A program made the translations under genes and the position numbers. This document shows, in pieces, positions 61,286 to 64,000 of a stretch of DNA of 64,000 bases. The first letter of the stretch is position 1. Each line of letters starts with the position of its first letter. This stretch comes from Lama glama (taxonomy: Eukaryota): contig CM052816.1 of assembly GCA_028534125.1 (NCBI GenBank), positions 61,816,001-61,880,000 on the forward strand. The letters run 5' to 3'. The notes under the pieces were generated by a model. It made no database searches and was not told the DNA's origin. It saw only the letters and a program-made list of their open reading frames with translations.

Positions 61286-63849
61286 CAGAAGTATATGATG
61301 TAGACTATACTCAACGTAGAAGTTTCTGATGGTTTAGAGCATTGCTTAAGTCTAGCCTACTTCCACATTTTAAACATACTGCAGCATAATGTTTTAAATA
61401 AGCTTACACTCTGGTGTGGTCATTAAAAAAATCAATATAAATTACTTTTGTAGTTCAAAATAGATTCTTAATGACATACTCTGAATATTTTGACATCTTC
61501 TTAGTTCAAAGAACTTCATTATTCTGTTTGCCCATTCTGGCATTTCTAAATTTTTAATGTAGCTATTAATACAATTTATGAATTACCTGGTTTTTGCATG
61601 AAAAATTACCAATACTCAAAAACTGCATCTGTATGTTCTGCCAGGAGTTTATGTGAAGAATTTTGAAAATAAAACCATTTATAACTGATTATTGCATTAA
61701 TCATTAACAAAAAATCAACCTAATATTACACAGATTAAACTGTCTAAAGTAAGTTTTAATGTAACATATTCACAGGTTTACACTATAAAGTTGTGAAAGA
61801 GTATCTTTTTTCAAATTTGATTAAGTGCTGCAAGATGTTGAAGAAACTCAGCACTCAAATGAATTATATGTTTGATGTCATTTTTGGCCAAGCTCAGAAA
61901 ATGTCACATAAAAGAAAAATATCTTACTTAAAATAAGGTCTTGACAGCAGTCTGGAATAGTTAACAGCTCCATTTCCAAATGGGATTTCTGGTTATAATC
62001 AAACTTTTAATGATGATATTAGTTCCCCCTTTGAGACAATTTCAATACCAAAACAAAACCAAATAAAAAACAACATGAGCATGCACACATAACACAGCCC
62101 TCACCTCTTTTGTTTTCTAAAGTGGAAAAATTTACAATTATTTCAATTCAAGCTCCAAATATCTAATCTGATTATAATGTTTCCCTGCAGATTTATCAGT
62201 GGCCACTTGAGAAATGAGATGGTAGGCTACCAGGCAATGTCAGTCAGTATTTTCTTGTTTTGTTTTAACTTATGAGAGGTATAGTCCCTGAGTGTGCCCT
62301 CACATTTTCTAAACCCTAGAGCTGAAAATGGTGGGGATTTTTCATCTCACATCTCATTTATTCAGTCTTCACATCCATCATCTTCTAAATCTCACTCTGT
62401 CTGATATGAGAGAATTAAGAGGAAGAAATACCCCCAAGAGCAAGTTGTCTATTTAAGAGTTACTGGTCAATTTGACTTGGAAAGTTTGAAAAAAAAGCAC
62501 ATTACAAAAAAAGACTATAATAAAATAACATTATAGAAAATAATACACATGTGTGTTTCTGGCATGAAGATTAAAAAGTTCAGAAAAATAAATACCACAA
62601 AGTTAACCATGGCTCTGCCTTTGGAAGTATTATGGGGTGATTTTTTTTTTATCCTTTATACTTTCCTACATTTCTGATATTTTTCCAAAGACATATGTTA
62701 TTTTTATAATTGGAAGAAATACTACTGCTTTTTTTCTTTATAAAGAAACAGTTATGGTCAAACGTTAATACTTACCTGTATCAATTAACAAATCCATTTT
62801 TAAAGGGTTAGAAATGGCATTGATATTAATAAAAGAAAGGAAAATTACAGTTACTAAAAATATAGCTTAAGGCTTTTGTCAAATCTCCCACATTGGAATT
62901 ACATCAATCACCAGCCAGAAAGAACGTTTATAAAAAAAAAAGACTATATTAAGACAGTTTAGGGCAGCAAACAGATACATCTAACACACTGGTTCTTAAA
63001 AGTAGCAATAGATGAGTCCTATGTAAACTAGGAGATCTGCAAGATGGGACAAAATTCAAGAGATATAAAAGTATACGGATTGGTTAGAGTTTATTTTCCA
63101 TTGCACATAAAAATTAAATATGCTCATGATGTACAGTTCTCAAAGTAAAGCTCAACAAGATTTGCTCATGGGGGCTAGTGGAAAGTTTGAGATGGATTGT
63201 CCAAAAAAGAACAGAGTACTTTACGAACTCTCGAATTAAAGATGATCATCTCTTATTCACTTTACCAAAAGGTTAAATTTTTGGTCTAATTGTGAGGGTA
63301 TGTATATTTTTATACTTGCTATACACCTTTAAAAGTCTTTATTATTTAAAAAACTACATTTTTGAAAAACATTGTTAAAAATATAGCATGTTTTCTGGCA
63401 CATAAAGGAAGTAACATGTATTCAGTAAAATTTCACTTGAGAAACTGTCCTAGCTACAAAGGGAAGCTTCATTTTTTTACAGAACTTGCAGGAAATGAGG
63501 TGTTCATGTAATTGAATATTTCAGATAAGAGAATCTTATCTTTAATTGATTAAAATAATTTAAAACATTTAAAAACTAATTAAGTTAGAGTTACCGTCTG
63601 TTCTCAGCCTTATAAAACAATAATAAATACCATCTAAACTTTTCTTAATGAAACAAGATCATTATAATAAGCATCAATAATTTTAACACTGACATGCTCT
63701 CAGACTATAATCAAGTATCATCTACAGCAAACGTATCCATATTATTCCACTGTGGTGTTCTTGTGTTTCCTTATCTAGTGTCAAGGGGATAGGTACCATC
63801 TCTTGCTGCTACGTGAATGGATGGTCCCTAGCTCTGACTTTTTCTCTCG

Positions 63850-64000
63850 CTTTTAAAATTAAAAAAAATTTTTTTTGTTTTTTGTTTTTTTTTACATTTT
63901 TTATTGATTCATAATCATTTTACAGTGTTGTGTCAAATTCCAGTGTTCAGCACAATTTTTCAGTCATTCATGGACATATACACACTCATTGTCACATTTT
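63850..64000 (-). mobile_element. Young L1 3' end and A tail, sense to CWC27; continues right of the window
   Basis: Reverse complement matches the 3' UTR at 35420-35530 (aatgtgacaatga...aaaattgtgct..acactggaatttgacacaaca). The T-rich tail is at about 63869-63893. Confidence 0.92.

Larger units (their letters stand above)
1..64000 (-). other. CWC27: Window lies within the CWC27 transcription unit (two internal exons plus flanking introns)
   Basis: Two internal exons with canonical AG/GT boundaries. No terminal exon (MSHVLQF...) or preceding exon was found in the window, so the flanks are inferred to be long introns. Confidence 0.85.

Noticed and set aside
62770..62860. Perfect minus-strand donor CAG|GTAAGT with a possible acceptor near 62854
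   Set aside because: The putative 78-nt exon is extremely AT-rich with no CWC27 similarity, and such donors occur by chance in 64 kb.
1..64000. CRISPR arrays, operons or another novel multi-gene system
   Set aside because: The sequence is mammalian intronic DNA with no regularly spaced repeat-spacer arrays or intact non-host ORFs.

Overview
This is AT-rich mammalian genomic DNA, most likely from a camelid, judging by two tRNA-Ala-derived SINEs of the vic-1 type and a young lineage-specific L1 family. The window appears to lie entirely inside the 3' part of the CWC27 gene (spliceosomal cyclophilin-like factor) on the minus strand. Two coding exons missed by the ORF track are present: 19373-19482 (110 nt) and 15057-15160 (104 nt). 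They splice in frame to give ...EVAAPDGAVAEYRREKQKYAALKKQQAKKGTSREDQ|TLALLNQFKSKLTQAIAETPENDISETEVEDDEG(W). These correspond to the third-last and penultimate exons of human CWC27 as I recall it. The rest is intron, dominated by retroelement and DNA-transposon fossils (L1 of several ages, L2, MIR, MLT1/MLT2 LTRs, Tigger/MER2/MER8, Charlie/MER5, MADE2), several of them nested with readable target-site duplications. Two assembly gaps fall inside young L1 copies. Most ORFs in the track are L1 debris or chance. I found no convincing previously undescribed system. The best leads are candidate CTCF sites and enhancer-like unique blocks, nested TE chronologies, undersized gaps and a possible CR1-like remnant. 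Repeat family names come from memory of consensus sequences, and boundaries of old repeats are approximate.
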